DNA of 64,000 nucleotides from Thermoproteota archaeon (GCA_029258835.1 JAPDJY010000006.1:16497-80496); one strand, 5' to 3'; positions 30,716 through 41,010 are shown, counted from the stretch's first letter. The notes: generated by a model not told the origin, from the letters alone. Program-made: numbers and translations.

Positions 30716-32542
30716 ATGGAGCAGGAGGCTTTTTTTGAGGAAGCCTTCTTTACTGGAAGGAACATTGGCCGGGCTGTCCAATGGTGTAAGGATAGGGAAG
30801 GTAATGTTATTGAGGTGAGAGTTCAGGGTGTTTGGCGAGAGAGCGGAGAGCACTTTAGAGGGAAAGGAAGGCTTTTAGAAGCTTATTCCGGCTTCCTTAG
30901 TAGTTATATTGCCGTGTTGTTGGAGTCGGGTAAGCGAGGAGGGGACTGGGTAAGGAAAGGCTCCGTGGTAACCGTCGGTGGGCCTAGGTCTAAGTGCGAC
31001 GTTCAAGCGTTAAATCTTGTTTTTAGAAATTACCTCAAGAGAGATACTTCGCAGATGGAGTTTTTTGATGCCAACCACTTCGCTTCGGCTTTGAGGTGGC
31101 TTCGAAGAAATATTCTCCTCAGACGTGTTGTTGGCAAGGTCGAGGGGGTCTGGTCTCGGAGCGGGGCTAATTTCATGGGCGAAGGCGAAGTAATCGCCGT
31201 GGAAGGAGGGGTTAGAGGGTTCTTCGTGCTAGAATTAAAGCGTGGAAGAGTAGGCGGGGAGGAGCTGGAGGAAGGCTCACTAGTGTCCATCGGCTCCAAC
31301 CCCCTTGTAATCAATCACTTAGCATCCTTCCTAAAGGGCTCGGCATCCTCCTTGAATCTCGTCCTGAAGAGGGGGGCTGAGGCTCTCCGCTTCATTGCGT
31401 TGAAAACCGGTGGAAGCAGCATATTGAAAAGTAGAGGTGCCACTATTCTTCGAAGCAGCGTAACGAAGCTTTCAAACTACCTCTCCTCCCTCAGAGGAAG
31501 CTTTCCGATTGCCCGTTCAGTTGGAAGGCCAGATGTTGTTGTTAGCAAGATGCTTTTTAAGCCCAAGCAAGCTAGGGCAGAGCTTGTGGACGGATACGTG
31601 CTGAAGGTTCGAGGGTTAACGGTTTCCTATGGTAAGAACGTTGTTTTGAGGAACGTCACCTTCTCCCTGAGGGAGGGGGAGATCCTAGGTATAGTGGGCG
31701 AGTCTGGCAGCGGGAAGACCACTTGTATGAAGGCCCTGATAGGTGAGCTAACACCTGACGCAGGTGAGGTCACCATCTGCGGCTTTCCCCCGTCTGACAA
31801 GGACTCTGTGGCCCCGCTAATAGGGTACGTGCCTCAAGATCTAAGCAGAATGTACGACAACTTTACCCCTATGGAGAACATAGTGTACTTCGGGAGGCAG
31901 TATGGTATTCCAGAGGATGAGCTCATAAAAAGAGGGAAAAGAATCCTTAAAGATCTAGAAATATTCACTAAGGGAAACGAGAAAGTTGGCAGTTTGAGCG
32001 GCGGTGAAAAGCGCCGTGTCAGCATTGCGATAGCCCTCGTCCATTATCCTAGGATCCTCTTTCTAGACGAGCCAACAAGCGGCTTAGACCTTGTAAGGCG
32101 CCACGAGCTTTGGAGCTACCTCGAGAAAATAAACAGAACATATGGTACCACGCTCGTCGTGATAACCCATTACCCCTCAGAAGCCGACTACTGCGACAAA
32201 GTAGCGGTCTTCATGAAGAATAAAGGGTTCATCGACTTTGGAACTCCAAAGGAGCTCGTAGCCAAGCTTCCGGGAAGCGGCTACGCCATAGGCCTCGTCC
32301 TCGAAGAGGACGAGCCAGAAGCTGAAGAACTAATAAAGAGCACCGAGGGTGTAAGCTACGTTTTCAGAATAGGGCCATACTATAAGGTGCTTGTTGGAGT
32401 CGAAGACGGTGGCGCTGTTCTAAGAAAGATCCTAAGCCGCCTCTCATCGAGGGGGATCAAAGTCTACAAGGTTGAGCCTAGAGTCGAGGTCAATTTTGAA
32501 GACTACTTCAGGTATCTGACTGGTACAGGAAAGGAGACGTGA
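30716..32542 (+). CDS. ABC transporter ATPase with long N-terminal extension (two internal repeats)
   Basis: Walker A GESGSGKT, LSGGE, LFLDEPT; ~300-aa N-terminal extension. Confidence 0.88.
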   Translation: MEQEAFFEEAFFTGRNIGRAVQWCKDREGNVIEVRVQGVWRESGEHFRGKGRLLEAYSGFLSSYIAVLLESGKRGGDWVRKGSVVTVGGPRSKCDVQALNLVFRNYLKRDTSQMEFFDANHFASALRWLRRNILLRRVVGKVEGVWSRSGANFMGEGEVIAVEGGVRGFFVLELKRGRVGGEELEEGSLVSIGSNPLVINHLASFLKGSASSLNLVLKRGAEALRFIALKTGGSSILKSRGATILRSSVTKLSNYLSSLRGSFPIARSVGRPDVVVSKMLFKPKQARAELVDGYVLKVRGLTVSYGKNVVLRNVTFSLREGEILGIVGESGSGKTTCMKALIGELTPDAGEVTICGFPPSDKDSVAPLIGYVPQDLSRMYDNFTPMENIVYFGRQYGIPEDELIKRGKRILKDLEIFTKGNEKVGSLSGGEKRRVSIAIALVHYPRILFLDEPTSGLDLVRRHELWSYLEKINRTYGTTLVVITHYPSEADYCDKVAVFMKNKGFIDFGTPKELVAKLPGSGYAIGLVLEEDEPEAEELIKSTEGVSYVFRIGPYYKVLVGVEDGGAVLRKILSRLSSRGIKVYKVEPRVEVNFEDYFRYLTGTGKET

Positions 32543-33708
32543 GGTGGAGCCACTTGGTTAGGGTTGCCGGAAGCTTCATGAGGATCATGTCGCTTGTCCG
32601 AAAAGAACTTGAGGTCATAGTTAAGGATCGCATGGCCCTCATCGTCTTAATCCTCCTTCCAACTCTGATCACGTTCAGCCTAGGTGCGACACAGTTCAGA
32701 GTGTTAACCCCTGCAGACTACGCCAAGGTGGCTGTTATAGATCATGACACGAGCGAGGGTGACCCTCACTACGACTTCTCCCAAGCTTTCTTCTGGGATA
32801 TGGTTGCCAACGCTAATGATAGCACGTGCATAGTCTTCCCTCTTCCCAGCGAAGACTTAGCCTACTACCTGCTCTGGCAAGGAGACATAGACGCCATAGT
32901 AGTCATACCATTTGGCTTCGAAAGCCACCTAGCAAGTAACAGAGATCCAAACGCCCCCGTCCCGGTGCCAGCGTATGTTAACGTAACCCTTGACGGTACA
33001 GACCTTGAAAGCCAGGGAAAAGTCATTGACTGCTTAACCAACGCAATAGCAGATTTTAAAGTAGAATTTAACTTCACAAGGGACGAAGTGCTTCCCGCGA
33101 TGACCGCCGTCATGGGGCCAACAAAGGAGCAAGGCTTTGACCTGAGAGTAACCGTCCCACTCATTATCCCCCTACTTCTCATAGGTGGAACAATGATCCT
33201 TACCAGCCAATGCATCGTAGGAGATGTACCGCTGAGAAGGCTCCTGCTCACCCCTGCAAGCAAATCTGAGGCGATAATAGCTAAAACAATTGCCTACCTT
33301 GTAACCAGCCTGTTTCAAATACAATTAATAATGGGAATACTCATCCTTGTATATAATTACCAGCCTGCCGGACCGTACTTCCAGCTTGTTTTATGCCTTC
33401 TCATTATAGCGTTCTTCGGCATCGTCCTCGGGATTTTCATATCCGTCGTTAGCAACTCGCGTCTTCAAGCAAACCAGTACTTTATCTTCGCCTTCCTCAG
33501 CCTACTTGTGATAGAGTTGGCTGTACCGGTGGCGGACGTCAGGAATGCTAACCCGCTTCACATGGCTCGTGAAGCCATAGTTAACATCGCGTCACGAGGT
33601 CTCCCATTCTACGACGCCATGCCGCCGATTCTAGGAATACTCGCTGTTAGCCTAGCCTTTTTCGTGTCGGCTCTAGCCGTGTTCTCGGTCAAGAAGACTC
33701 TGGTTTAG
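32539..33708 (+). CDS. ABC-2 type exporter permease
   Basis: N-terminal TM, extracellular loop (IVVIPFGF), RLLLTP...II.K, C-terminal TM helices. Confidence 0.85.
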   Translation: MRWSHLVRVAGSFMRIMSLVRKELEVIVKDRMALIVLILLPTLITFSLGATQFRVLTPADYAKVAVIDHDTSEGDPHYDFSQAFFWDMVANANDSTCIVFPLPSEDLAYYLLWQGDIDAIVVIPFGFESHLASNRDPNAPVPVPAYVNVTLDGTDLESQGKVIDCLTNAIADFKVEFNFTRDEVLPAMTAVMGPTKEQGFDLRVTVPLIIPLLLIGGTMILTSQCIVGDVPLRRLLLTPASKSEAIIAKTIAYLVTSLFQIQLIMGILILVYNYQPAGPYFQLVLCLLIIAFFGIVLGIFISVVSNSRLQANQYFIFAFLSLLVIELAVPVADVRNANPLHMAREAIVNIASRGLPFYDAMPPILGILAVSLAFFVSALAVFSVKKTLV

Positions 33709-33720
33709 GAAGGAGGAGCC

Positions 33721-34689
33721 ATGGGAAAGGAGCGAGATATAGAGCTTGAAAGGGTCTACGTGAACATAGGAAAAAAGGTTATCCTTGAGGACGTGAGCTT
33801 CTATGCTGAGAAAGGCGAGGTTTTAGCTATAATAGGAGGTAGTGGAGCTGGGAAGACGACGTGCTTAAGGGTGCTAACTGGGCAGATCCCTCCTTCGAAG
33901 GGCAAAGTGCAGGTTGCAGGGGTAGATGTGCTGAGAGATAGGGAATCTCTGAAGGATGTTTTAGGTTACGTTCCCCAGCTTGAAGAGGTTGGGTTATACT
34001 ACGAGTTTTCAGCCATCAGGAACGCTGTTCTCTTCGGGAGAATGTACGGGATCCCTAAGAAGGATGCCGAGAGGAAGGCAAAGGAAATATTGACGATTTT
34101 AGGGTTTAAAAGCGAGGAGCTTATGAGGAAGCCTGTCGGCAAGCTTTCCGGCGGCGAGAGGAAGAGGGTCTCCATATGCGTCGGCTTAATTCATGAACCA
34201 CGTGTCCTGCTCCTAGACGAACCTACAACAGGTCTCGACGCACACCTGAGGATAGACGTGCTAAATTACTTAAGGGACATTAACAAGAAATACAAGGTAA
34301 CGATCGGCATAGTGAGCCACGACCTGGAAACCGCAGAGTTCTGTGATAGAGTCGTCGTGCTGGATCGAGGGCGTGTGATGATTTTTGGAAATCCTAGGGA
34401 ATTTGTTGAACGCGTCCCTGCAGGATACGCCTTCATCGTCTCGTTCGGAAAGCTTGGAGAAAGAGATCTTTCTAGGATTGAGAGGATAAGGTTCGTCACT
34501 AGAGTGTTGCAAGTAGGCAGAGGAACGGTCAAGGTGTTCGTTAAGAGAATCGAGGAACCCCTCAATCTCTTGGTCGAAGAGCTGGAAAGGATCGGATTGA
34601 CGCCTTCCAGCATAGTCTCAAGCGACATAACATTCACGGATTATTTCCGGCTGAGTGCCTTAGAGAGGGAGGAAGAAACCTACTTTTGA
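33721..34689 (+). CDS. ABC transporter ATPase
   Basis: GGSGAGKT, LSGGE, LLLDEPT, SHD. Confidence 0.92.
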   Translation: MGKERDIELERVYVNIGKKVILEDVSFYAEKGEVLAIIGGSGAGKTTCLRVLTGQIPPSKGKVQVAGVDVLRDRESLKDVLGYVPQLEEVGLYYEFSAIRNAVLFGRMYGIPKKDAERKAKEILTILGFKSEELMRKPVGKLSGGERKRVSICVGLIHEPRVLLLDEPTTGLDAHLRIDVLNYLRDINKKYKVTIGIVSHDLETAEFCDRVVVLDRGRVMIFGNPREFVERVPAGYAFIVSFGKLGERDLSRIERIRFVTRVLQVGRGTVKVFVKRIEEPLNLLVEELERIGLTPSSIVSSDITFTDYFRLSALEREEETYF

Positions 34690-35507
34690 AGGACGCTTAC
34701 TGCAGCAGCCATCGCTACAGCCCCTAAATACTCGTTGGGAGGCGCCGCCCTTGACGTGTCAATGATAACCTTTCTCATGTTCGCGTAGAGTGCACCGTAG
34801 GATCTGCCAGAGCCCAAGTGAACCAAGGTCCTGTAAATTAGGTTTCCCGATATCCCGTCAGGAGCTATTATTACGTTCGCTCCCTCAGAGACAGCATTCT
34901 CTATTAAGATTTGGTAGTGTTCGGCATTATAGCCTCTCTCCCTTAGGTTGGCTGCAACAACCTCGGCTTCCCTTATCGTTGCGTCAACTCTCTGGCTCCG
35001 CCCCACGTCCCCCAGCCTCCCTCCCGAAAGAACGGATATTTTTTCCTTCATCCCTATTTTTCTAAGAAAGTTGGCTGCTTCAACCGCCAGCCTCACCTTT
35101 TCCTCGACGTTTCCTCCCTCGTCTACCCCTACCGGGGCGAACATGAATTGGTGGTTCTTCGCTGTTTCTAGGAGGGCTACCCTAAACGTCTTATTCACTT
35201 TAAATTTTGCCTTCACCTGCTTCAGGAACACCGATGAACTCAGCGTTCCTCTTACGACCCCATCCACCTCCCCTGAAGTAAGCAGCCTCAGAGCTTCCTC
35301 TTCAGGGCTGCTTGAAGGTAGAAACTCTACCTCGTGCATATGCCCCTTCAGTTTTTCTTCTCCTATAAGGGTTGGCTCGGGGAGTCCCTCAGCTCGGAGA
35401 AGCCTTACCGCCGCTACGAGCCTTTCTACCGAGTGTGGCTCCCCTACGCCAACGATCACCCTCACCTTGCTCCTCCTGGCATGCTCGAGGATCCTCGAGA
35501 ATATCAC
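34680..35507 (-). CDS. mtxX: Methanogenesis marker protein Mmp4/MtxX
   Basis: VRGTLS, APVGVDEG, LSGGR.GD.GR, ILIE.A, APDGISGNLIYRTL, DTSR. Confidence 0.88.
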   Translation of the reverse strand: MIFSRILEHARRSKVRVIVGVGEPHSVERLVAAVRLLRAEGLPEPTLIGEEKLKGHMHEVEFLPSSSPEEEALRLLTSGEVDGVVRGTLSSSVFLKQVKAKFKVNKTFRVALLETAKNHQFMFAPVGVDEGGNVEEKVRLAVEAANFLRKIGMKEKISVLSGGRLGDVGRSQRVDATIREAEVVAANLRERGYNAEHYQILIENAVSEGANVIIAPDGISGNLIYRTLVHLGSGRSYGALYANMRKVIIDTSRAAPPNEYLGAVAMAAAVSVLQK

Positions 35508-35518
35508 TTCCCTTCCCT

Positions 35519-36589
35519 CTAAACGATTTTTTCATGCGCTTTCTCGAGGGCTAACCTCACCAGTTTTATCGCGTTTTCAACGTCATTAATGTTTAAGACT
35601 TCCACTGGGGTGTGAATGTAGCGTGTCGGTATCGAAAGGACGGCCGCTGGCACCCCTCCCCGTGCTAACGCTATTTCTGTTGCATCCGTTGTCCCTCCCT
35701 CAAATACTTCTAACTGGTAGGGGATATTGTTTTCCTCAGCCGTCTCTATTAGCAGACTTCTTGGAAGCGGGTGGGATATTAACCCTCCCCCGAGGCTTTC
35801 ACGTCTACCGTCGGCTACGGTTATGGCTGGACCCTTGCCTAGTCTGACTGGAACGTCGCGTTCCTCCACTCCAGGATAGTCTCCTGTAGCCGTCACGTCT
35901 ATGGCTATTCCCATGTCTGGGTTGATCGAGAACGTCGAGGTTCGCGCCCCCCTAAGACCTACCTCCTCCATGACCGATGCAACACCGTAAACGTCCACTT
36001 CAGGGTCAATGCTCTTCATTACTTCTATTAGAATTAAGCATCCCACCCTATCGTCAAATGCCTTGCCGCAGAGATGGCCATTCTTTAATTCTATCATGTC
36101 TCCAACCCACGTTATCGGGCTTCCCACCTTCACCCCCCACTTCTCAGCCTCTTCCCTACTAGTTGCCCCTATGTCTATGAACATCTGATTTCTCTCAACT
36201 GTTTTTTTGCGTCTCTCCTCTGGCAGCAAGTGGGGAGGTGTTGCCCCTATCACCCCCGGAATGCTTTCTTTCTCAGTGTGCACCAGAACACGCTGGTTTA
36301 AAACGGTCTGGTCAAAGAACCCTCCTAGGTAAGCAAATCTAATGAATCCTTCCTTCTCTATGTACTTGACGACCATCCCTATCTCGTCCATGTGGGCTGC
36401 TATCATAACTTTTAACCGTCCTTTCCCTCCCTTTTTAATGCAAATTAGGTTTCCCAACCGGTCTTCCCGTATCTCGTCGACGTGCCCTTCGAGTTCTTCT
36501 CTAATTATCTTCCTTACATTTTCTTCATATCCAGGTGGTGCACAAGCCTCTACAAGCCTTTTTAAGGTCGACTTCAAGCTTTCACCCAT
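35519..36589 (-). CDS. M42-family (TET) aminopeptidase
   Basis: AAHMDEIG, KAFDDR, EEVGLRGA, IDV, GGTTD, RYIHTP. Confidence 0.95.
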   Translation of the reverse strand: MGESLKSTLKRLVEACAPPGYEENVRKIIREELEGHVDEIREDRLGNLICIKKGGKGRLKVMIAAHMDEIGMVVKYIEKEGFIRFAYLGGFFDQTVLNQRVLVHTEKESIPGVIGATPPHLLPEERRKKTVERNQMFIDIGATSREEAEKWGVKVGSPITWVGDMIELKNGHLCGKAFDDRVGCLILIEVMKSIDPEVDVYGVASVMEEVGLRGARTSTFSINPDMGIAIDVTATGDYPGVEERDVPVRLGKGPAITVADGRRESLGGGLISHPLPRSLLIETAEENNIPYQLEVFEGGTTDATEIALARGGVPAAVLSIPTRYIHTPVEVLNINDVENAIKLVRLALEKAHEKIV

Positions 36590-36710
36590 CTGATGGCACC
36601 CCCAACAACACGTTAAATGCTCCCCTCTTAAACTATTCTCGCCCCCTCGCAGGATTTGCCTTGCGAAACAGTTAAAATTTGGTAGGTGTTTGTGAGTGCT
36701 GGTCTGGCCA

Positions 36711-36817
36711 CAGGGTGGCCTATGAGGGCGGAACCTTTGGACGTGGGGCTCCGGGGTCCCCCCCGAAAGCCCCATCAGAGGCGTACGCCTCGATGACGGG
36801 GAAACGCCTGACAGACC
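36711..36817 (+). ncRNA. Candidate structured non-coding RNA (~107 nt) closed by a K-turn
   Basis: Terminal stem GGTCTG/CAGACC; GCCAC/GTGGC hairpin; K-turn-like TATGAG-GGCG/CGCC-TGA; TGGGGCT/AGCCCCA; TATA-like TTAAAA at ~36672. Confidence 0.6.
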
Positions 36818-36873
36818 AAAACACACACTACCCATAAAAACCTATCAAGCGTAACCCCTACATCCCTGAACGT

Positions 36874-37437
36874 TTAGGCTTGAAATGTTAGAGTAAGCAT
36901 GTTTCCGAAGAAGAATGAAACCAGAAAGCTTATTGTTATGATTGGAATGGCTGGAGGGAACCATTGAAGGTATCCCTTGATACCCCTGCTTGCCCTCGAC
37001 TTGTCAGCTTTATCATGGCAGCACGAATAAACCTCCCTTTCCCCTCTAGCAGCCTGCAGGAGGATCCTCACCGAGGAGAATGCCCCCAATAATATGAAGA
37101 AGTTTACTGTCAATGTGGCAGGGAATAGTAAGGGCGATCTACCTGCAGTAGGTGCGAGGATGGACGTTAAAATGATGGCTTTACAGTCCGCTCCCCCAAG
37201 AATTCTAAACCGGTGCAGTAAGTATGCAAGTGATAACGCTGCTACTATATCCATGTATGCCTCCTCAGGGAGAAGCAACAGCATTTTAACCTTTAAGGTC
37301 ATTAATGCGATTCCCAGCGTAAATGGTGCAATCCAAACCTTATTTTGAACCATTTTGCTTTTCACGTCCAAGTATGATGCGTAACTTAGGGTTAAGAGTG
37401 CTACGGTAAGTGAGAGGATTTGGAGAACACACCTCAG
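36874..37437 (-). CDS. Prepilin/preflagellin peptidase (A24, GxGD type)
   Basis: SYASYLD (first catalytic Asp), GGADCK, PAIP.I; frame is open upstream of 37371 but offers only CTG (37437) or ATA (37443) as start. Confidence 0.75.
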   Translation of the reverse strand: MRCVLQILSLTVALLTLSYASYLDVKSKMVQNKVWIAPFTLGIALMTLKVKMLLLLPEEAYMDIVAALSLAYLLHRFRILGGADCKAIILTSILAPTAGRSPLLFPATLTVNFFILLGAFSSVRILLQAARGEREVYSCCHDKADKSRASRGIKGYLQWFPPAIPIITISFLVSFFFGNMLTLTFQA

Positions 37438-37450
37438 GGGTATACCTCCT

Positions 37451-39196
37451 TCACTCGTGAGCGAAGAATACCTTTATTTCCGGAGTAACCTCGTCCACCC
37501 TGCAAAAACCGTACCGTTCAAACTGTACGAGCTGGCCTTCGCTAAGGTTCCTGCACTCCGGCTCTCCTAGTCCCTTTACAGCCTCCCCGTCCGGCTTGAT
37601 AACGGTGATTGGAAGGCACCCGTCAACGGGAACCCAGTGGATGATCGGAGCTTTTCTCCCTCTAGCTTCGCTAACATCCAAACTGTGAAATACGCCTAAA
37701 GGCGGAGATGAACGTTGAACCTTAAAGTTCAGTAAGTCCTTGAGTCTAACCATGGAGTCCTCCTCTAGACGTTTCGCATCATCTCTATCTATGTAAACAC
37801 GTACCTTCCCCTCCTCAACTCGGACCTTCACTATCCTCCTGCCTCGCTCCGGAAAGTCCGGGTGGAGGGGTGGATGAGCGGTAAGCGTATCAACAGTCAC
37901 ACCTTCTATGACTAGTTCAACAGGCTTCTCAACGAAAAAATACCTGTTTGCTTCAGGATCCACTATGCGTCTATTAATCGCATACAGCATCTCAGGACTA
38001 TACTCCACATCAATCATGCTCAGCCCAAGGCTGAGCATTGACTCCCTTAAGGCCTTAGGCTGGATTCCTCTCTTTTGAAGCGATTGGAGGCTCCACGTGC
38101 GGGGGTCACTCCAACCCATGTAAACTCCCTCTTCTATTTTCTTCCTTGCCTCCGTCTTACTAAGCTTTAACCCCTTAAAGATAATCATTCCATAATGTAT
38201 AAACTCCACTTCCGGCCATCCATATATCTTCCACACAAACCTCTCGATGACGTCCTCTTTGAACAGGTCTTTCCCTCTAAGTATGTGCGTCACCCCTAGC
38301 AGATGATCATCTATCGCCCAGGAGAACTCTAAAAGTGGCCAGACACGATATCTTGACCCGACCCTTGGGTGTACCCTCTCGGAAATACGCATTATAACAT
38401 GATCTCTTATGGCAGGGTCAGGCTGGTCCATCCCCGTCTTTAACCTTACAACGGCCTCTCCCTCGCCGTAAACTCCGCTAAGCATCTCATCCCATTTCTC
38501 AAGGTTCTCCTCGACGCTTGTCTCCCTATGAGGACAGGCTTTCCCTTTCTCCTTAAACTTCCGCCGCCACTCTTCACGTTCACAAGTGCACACGTAAGCA
38601 TATCCTCTTCTGATCAAGTCCTCACAGTACTTGTAAAATATGGGGATCCTATCCGACTTGTAGAATTCCCTATGCCATTTAACACCTAGCCAACGCAACC
38701 CTTCCCTTATTAGCTCATAAGCTTCGCCCACAACGAACTTTTCCCCCCCTCCAATCGTGTCGTCGAATACCAAGAGAAGTTCTCCATCATACTTCTTCAC
38801 ATACTCGTCGTTTAAAATCGCCATTCTGGCATTCCCTATGTGAAGGGGCCCTGAAGGATACGGGGCGAGCCTCATGACAACTTTCTCATACTTTTCAACG
38901 TTTGGAAGAGGAGGCAGCTCCCTTTCCTCCCTCTTTTCCCTCTCCTTCATCATTTCAGGTGCAATCTCTGAGAGCTTCGCTTTCTGAACCTCTAAGGGCA
39001 TCTTGTTTACTTCCTCCACCAGACCCAAGACGACGCTAAGAACCTCCTTAGCTTTCGACCTGAGCTCCGGCATTTCGGACAGAATCTTCCCTAACACCGC
39101 CTTAGGATTAGCCTTCCCTCCATACTTCACCGCATTAGCAAGCACGTGCTTAAGGAAAACCTCATTTAACTCTGGTGAAGCCTCCACCACAACCAC
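37451..39196 (-). CDS. gltX: Glutamyl-tRNA synthetase
   Basis: RLAPYPSGPLHIGN, DDH..GVTH.LRGKD, KLSKT, QFERYGF. Confidence 0.97.
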   Translation of the reverse strand: MVVVEASPELNEVFLKHVLANAVKYGGKANPKAVLGKILSEMPELRSKAKEVLSVVLGLVEEVNKMPLEVQKAKLSEIAPEMMKEREKREERELPPLPNVEKYEKVVMRLAPYPSGPLHIGNARMAILNDEYVKKYDGELLLVFDDTIGGGEKFVVGEAYELIREGLRWLGVKWHREFYKSDRIPIFYKYCEDLIRRGYAYVCTCEREEWRRKFKEKGKACPHRETSVEENLEKWDEMLSGVYGEGEAVVRLKTGMDQPDPAIRDHVIMRISERVHPRVGSRYRVWPLLEFSWAIDDHLLGVTHILRGKDLFKEDVIERFVWKIYGWPEVEFIHYGMIIFKGLKLSKTEARKKIEEGVYMGWSDPRTWSLQSLQKRGIQPKALRESMLSLGLSMIDVEYSPEMLYAINRRIVDPEANRYFFVEKPVELVIEGVTVDTLTAHPPLHPDFPERGRRIVKVRVEEGKVRVYIDRDDAKRLEEDSMVRLKDLLNFKVQRSSPPLGVFHSLDVSEARGRKAPIIHWVPVDGCLPITVIKPDGEAVKGLGEPECRNLSEGQLVQFERYGFCRVDEVTPEIKVFFAHE

Positions 39197-39363
39197 CCTG
39201 AAGAAATATCTTCCTTCTCCTCAAAGAGGATAGACTAAAGTTACCTTTAAAAATCCCTCCCCCTCACCGGATGCAAACCCCGAAATTTAATTAGAAGGTA
39301 AAACCTCATCAACTAAACAATCAGCCTCTCTCCCTTAAACGCTTAGGAACGCTAGATTACCTC

Positions 39364-40137
39364 ATGGAGCGCTTTGACTCGAAAGTTTTAAAATCACGTT
39401 GCCTCCTCGAACCTACTGGCGTAGGCTGCCTCCCTTACGTGAGGGGTGTCATATTGATAAAGGTGATTATCTTCGACCTTGACGGAACCCTAATAGATAC
39501 TAGGGAACGCTTCTTCATGGTTTTCAATAAAACATTGGAGTCCTTCTCCCTAAACCCCCTAACTAAAAGGAGATTTAACGAGCTCTACTCGAGAGCATCC
39601 CTAGACGAAGCTATTCCTAAAGAACTTCAAAAGAATTTTTGGGAAAAGTTTCTCCACGACTATGGTAGAACATGCTCAGAGAAGGATTCACCCTTCCCCG
39701 GAGTAAAGAATGTACTCAAGGTGCTTAAGAGGAAGGGGCTAAAGATCTGTGTCGTCACAGGGAGGGCCTGTGCGGAAAGCGACGTCTGGACGGAACTTAA
39801 AAAACACGGCCTGGCCGAGTACGTCGACGCTGTGGCTTCAAAGGATGTGAAAGTAAAAGATCATTTCTTCAAGGACGAAGAGGTCTCCCGTATCTTGGCA
39901 AAGTTGAGTGTTAAGCCTCATGAATGCTTGATCGTCGGAGACTACCTCGCTGACATAGAAACAGGAAAAAAGATGGGTTCTCTCACCGTAGCCGTACTAA
40001 GTGGAGGCGTTAAGAGGGAAGTTTTAGAATCAGCCGATCCCGACCTCGTATTGGAAAGCGTCAACGACCTTCCTAGCATAGTAGATATTCTCGCTTCTAA
40101 ACCCTCCAAAAAAGGATGCTTAGAACTTAACATTTAA
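39364..40137 (+). CDS. HAD-superfamily hydrolase (phosphoglycolate-phosphatase-like)
   Basis: FDLDGTL, VVTG, VGD...DI; true start probably ~39454. Confidence 0.88.
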   Translation: MERFDSKVLKSRCLLEPTGVGCLPYVRGVILIKVIIFDLDGTLIDTRERFFMVFNKTLESFSLNPLTKRRFNELYSRASLDEAIPKELQKNFWEKFLHDYGRTCSEKDSPFPGVKNVLKVLKRKGLKICVVTGRACAESDVWTELKKHGLAEYVDAVASKDVKVKDHFFKDEEVSRILAKLSVKPHECLIVGDYLADIETGKKMGSLTVAVLSGGVKREVLESADPDLVLESVNDLPSIVDILASKPSKKGCLELNI

Positions 40138-40148
40138 CACTAACATAA

Positions 40149-40994
40149 TCATGGCGCTCTAAGCATTTTCTCCAGTTTCTTCCTGCTTTCAACCAGCCCT
40201 CTAAGAGAATGCACCTCTAAAATGACTGGCACCTCGATCTTTCTCATGAATGGAAGTAGTACGTCAAACCTTATCTTTCCCTCCCCAACAGCTAAATGCT
40301 GGTCGGATTTCCCGTCGTTGTCGTGGACGTGGAAAGCAACCAAATAATCCTTCAAGGACGATATGAACCTCAAGTGTCCCTCCTCTGTTATCCCCCAAGT
40401 GTTGGCATGTCCCACATCGTAAACCACGCCCACATTTGAATCTAACCCTTCTAAGAACGATGTGAACTCCTCGGGGGAGACTAGGAGGTGCCTGTTACTT
40501 GCTCTCTCCTTATTCTCTAAACCCAGCACGACACCTTCCTCGGAAGCATATTTTGCAAGCGATGAAACCGCCCTCTTAGACCTGACCCATGCCTTACTAA
40601 AAAGCCCTGGAGGGTAGTCTCGGGATAGTGTGCCACAGTGAACGGTTAGGTAGCATGCATCCAGCAACCCAGCCAGCTCCACACATTTCCTAGTCGCCTT
40701 CAGGGAAGCCTTATACGTGTAATCGCAGAGACTTGCGAGGTTAATGTCAATGTATGATGAATGAAGAGCGAGGCGCAAGCTGAGCGAATCAGCCAGCTCA
40801 GCCAGCCTCCTCAAAGCCTCCCCTTCCACCCTCGCTGGGTTGAAAAGCGGCTCCTCACACTTAACCTCGACAATACTGAACCCGCTATCAGAAAAAAACT
40901 TTAAAATTTCCTCAAGGGTACCTTCGAAGTTCACAAGGGTAGCTGCTCCGATAATCACCTGCTCCACCCTCGCAAACGCCTTTTCCCTTTCCAA
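40149..40994 (-). CDS. Sugar phosphate isomerase/epimerase (AP endonuclease 2-like TIM barrel)
   Basis: LEN, DVGHA, HVHDNDG..DQH...GEG, LEV. Confidence 0.85.
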   Translation of the reverse strand: MEREKAFARVEQVIIGAATLVNFEGTLEEILKFFSDSGFSIVEVKCEEPLFNPARVEGEALRRLAELADSLSLRLALHSSYIDINLASLCDYTYKASLKATRKCVELAGLLDACYLTVHCGTLSRDYPPGLFSKAWVRSKRAVSSLAKYASEEGVVLGLENKERASNRHLLVSPEEFTSFLEGLDSNVGVVYDVGHANTWGITEEGHLRFISSLKDYLVAFHVHDNDGKSDQHLAVGEGKIRFDVLLPFMRKIEVPVILEVHSLRGLVESRKKLEKMLRAP

Positions 40995-41010
40995 GCCTCC
41001 CAGCCAATCT

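Noticed and set aside
36790-36812. Hammerhead ribozyme or fluoride riboswitch
   Set aside because: GATGA and GAAA are present, but the CUGANGA core with stem II and the crcB pseudoknot pattern are not.
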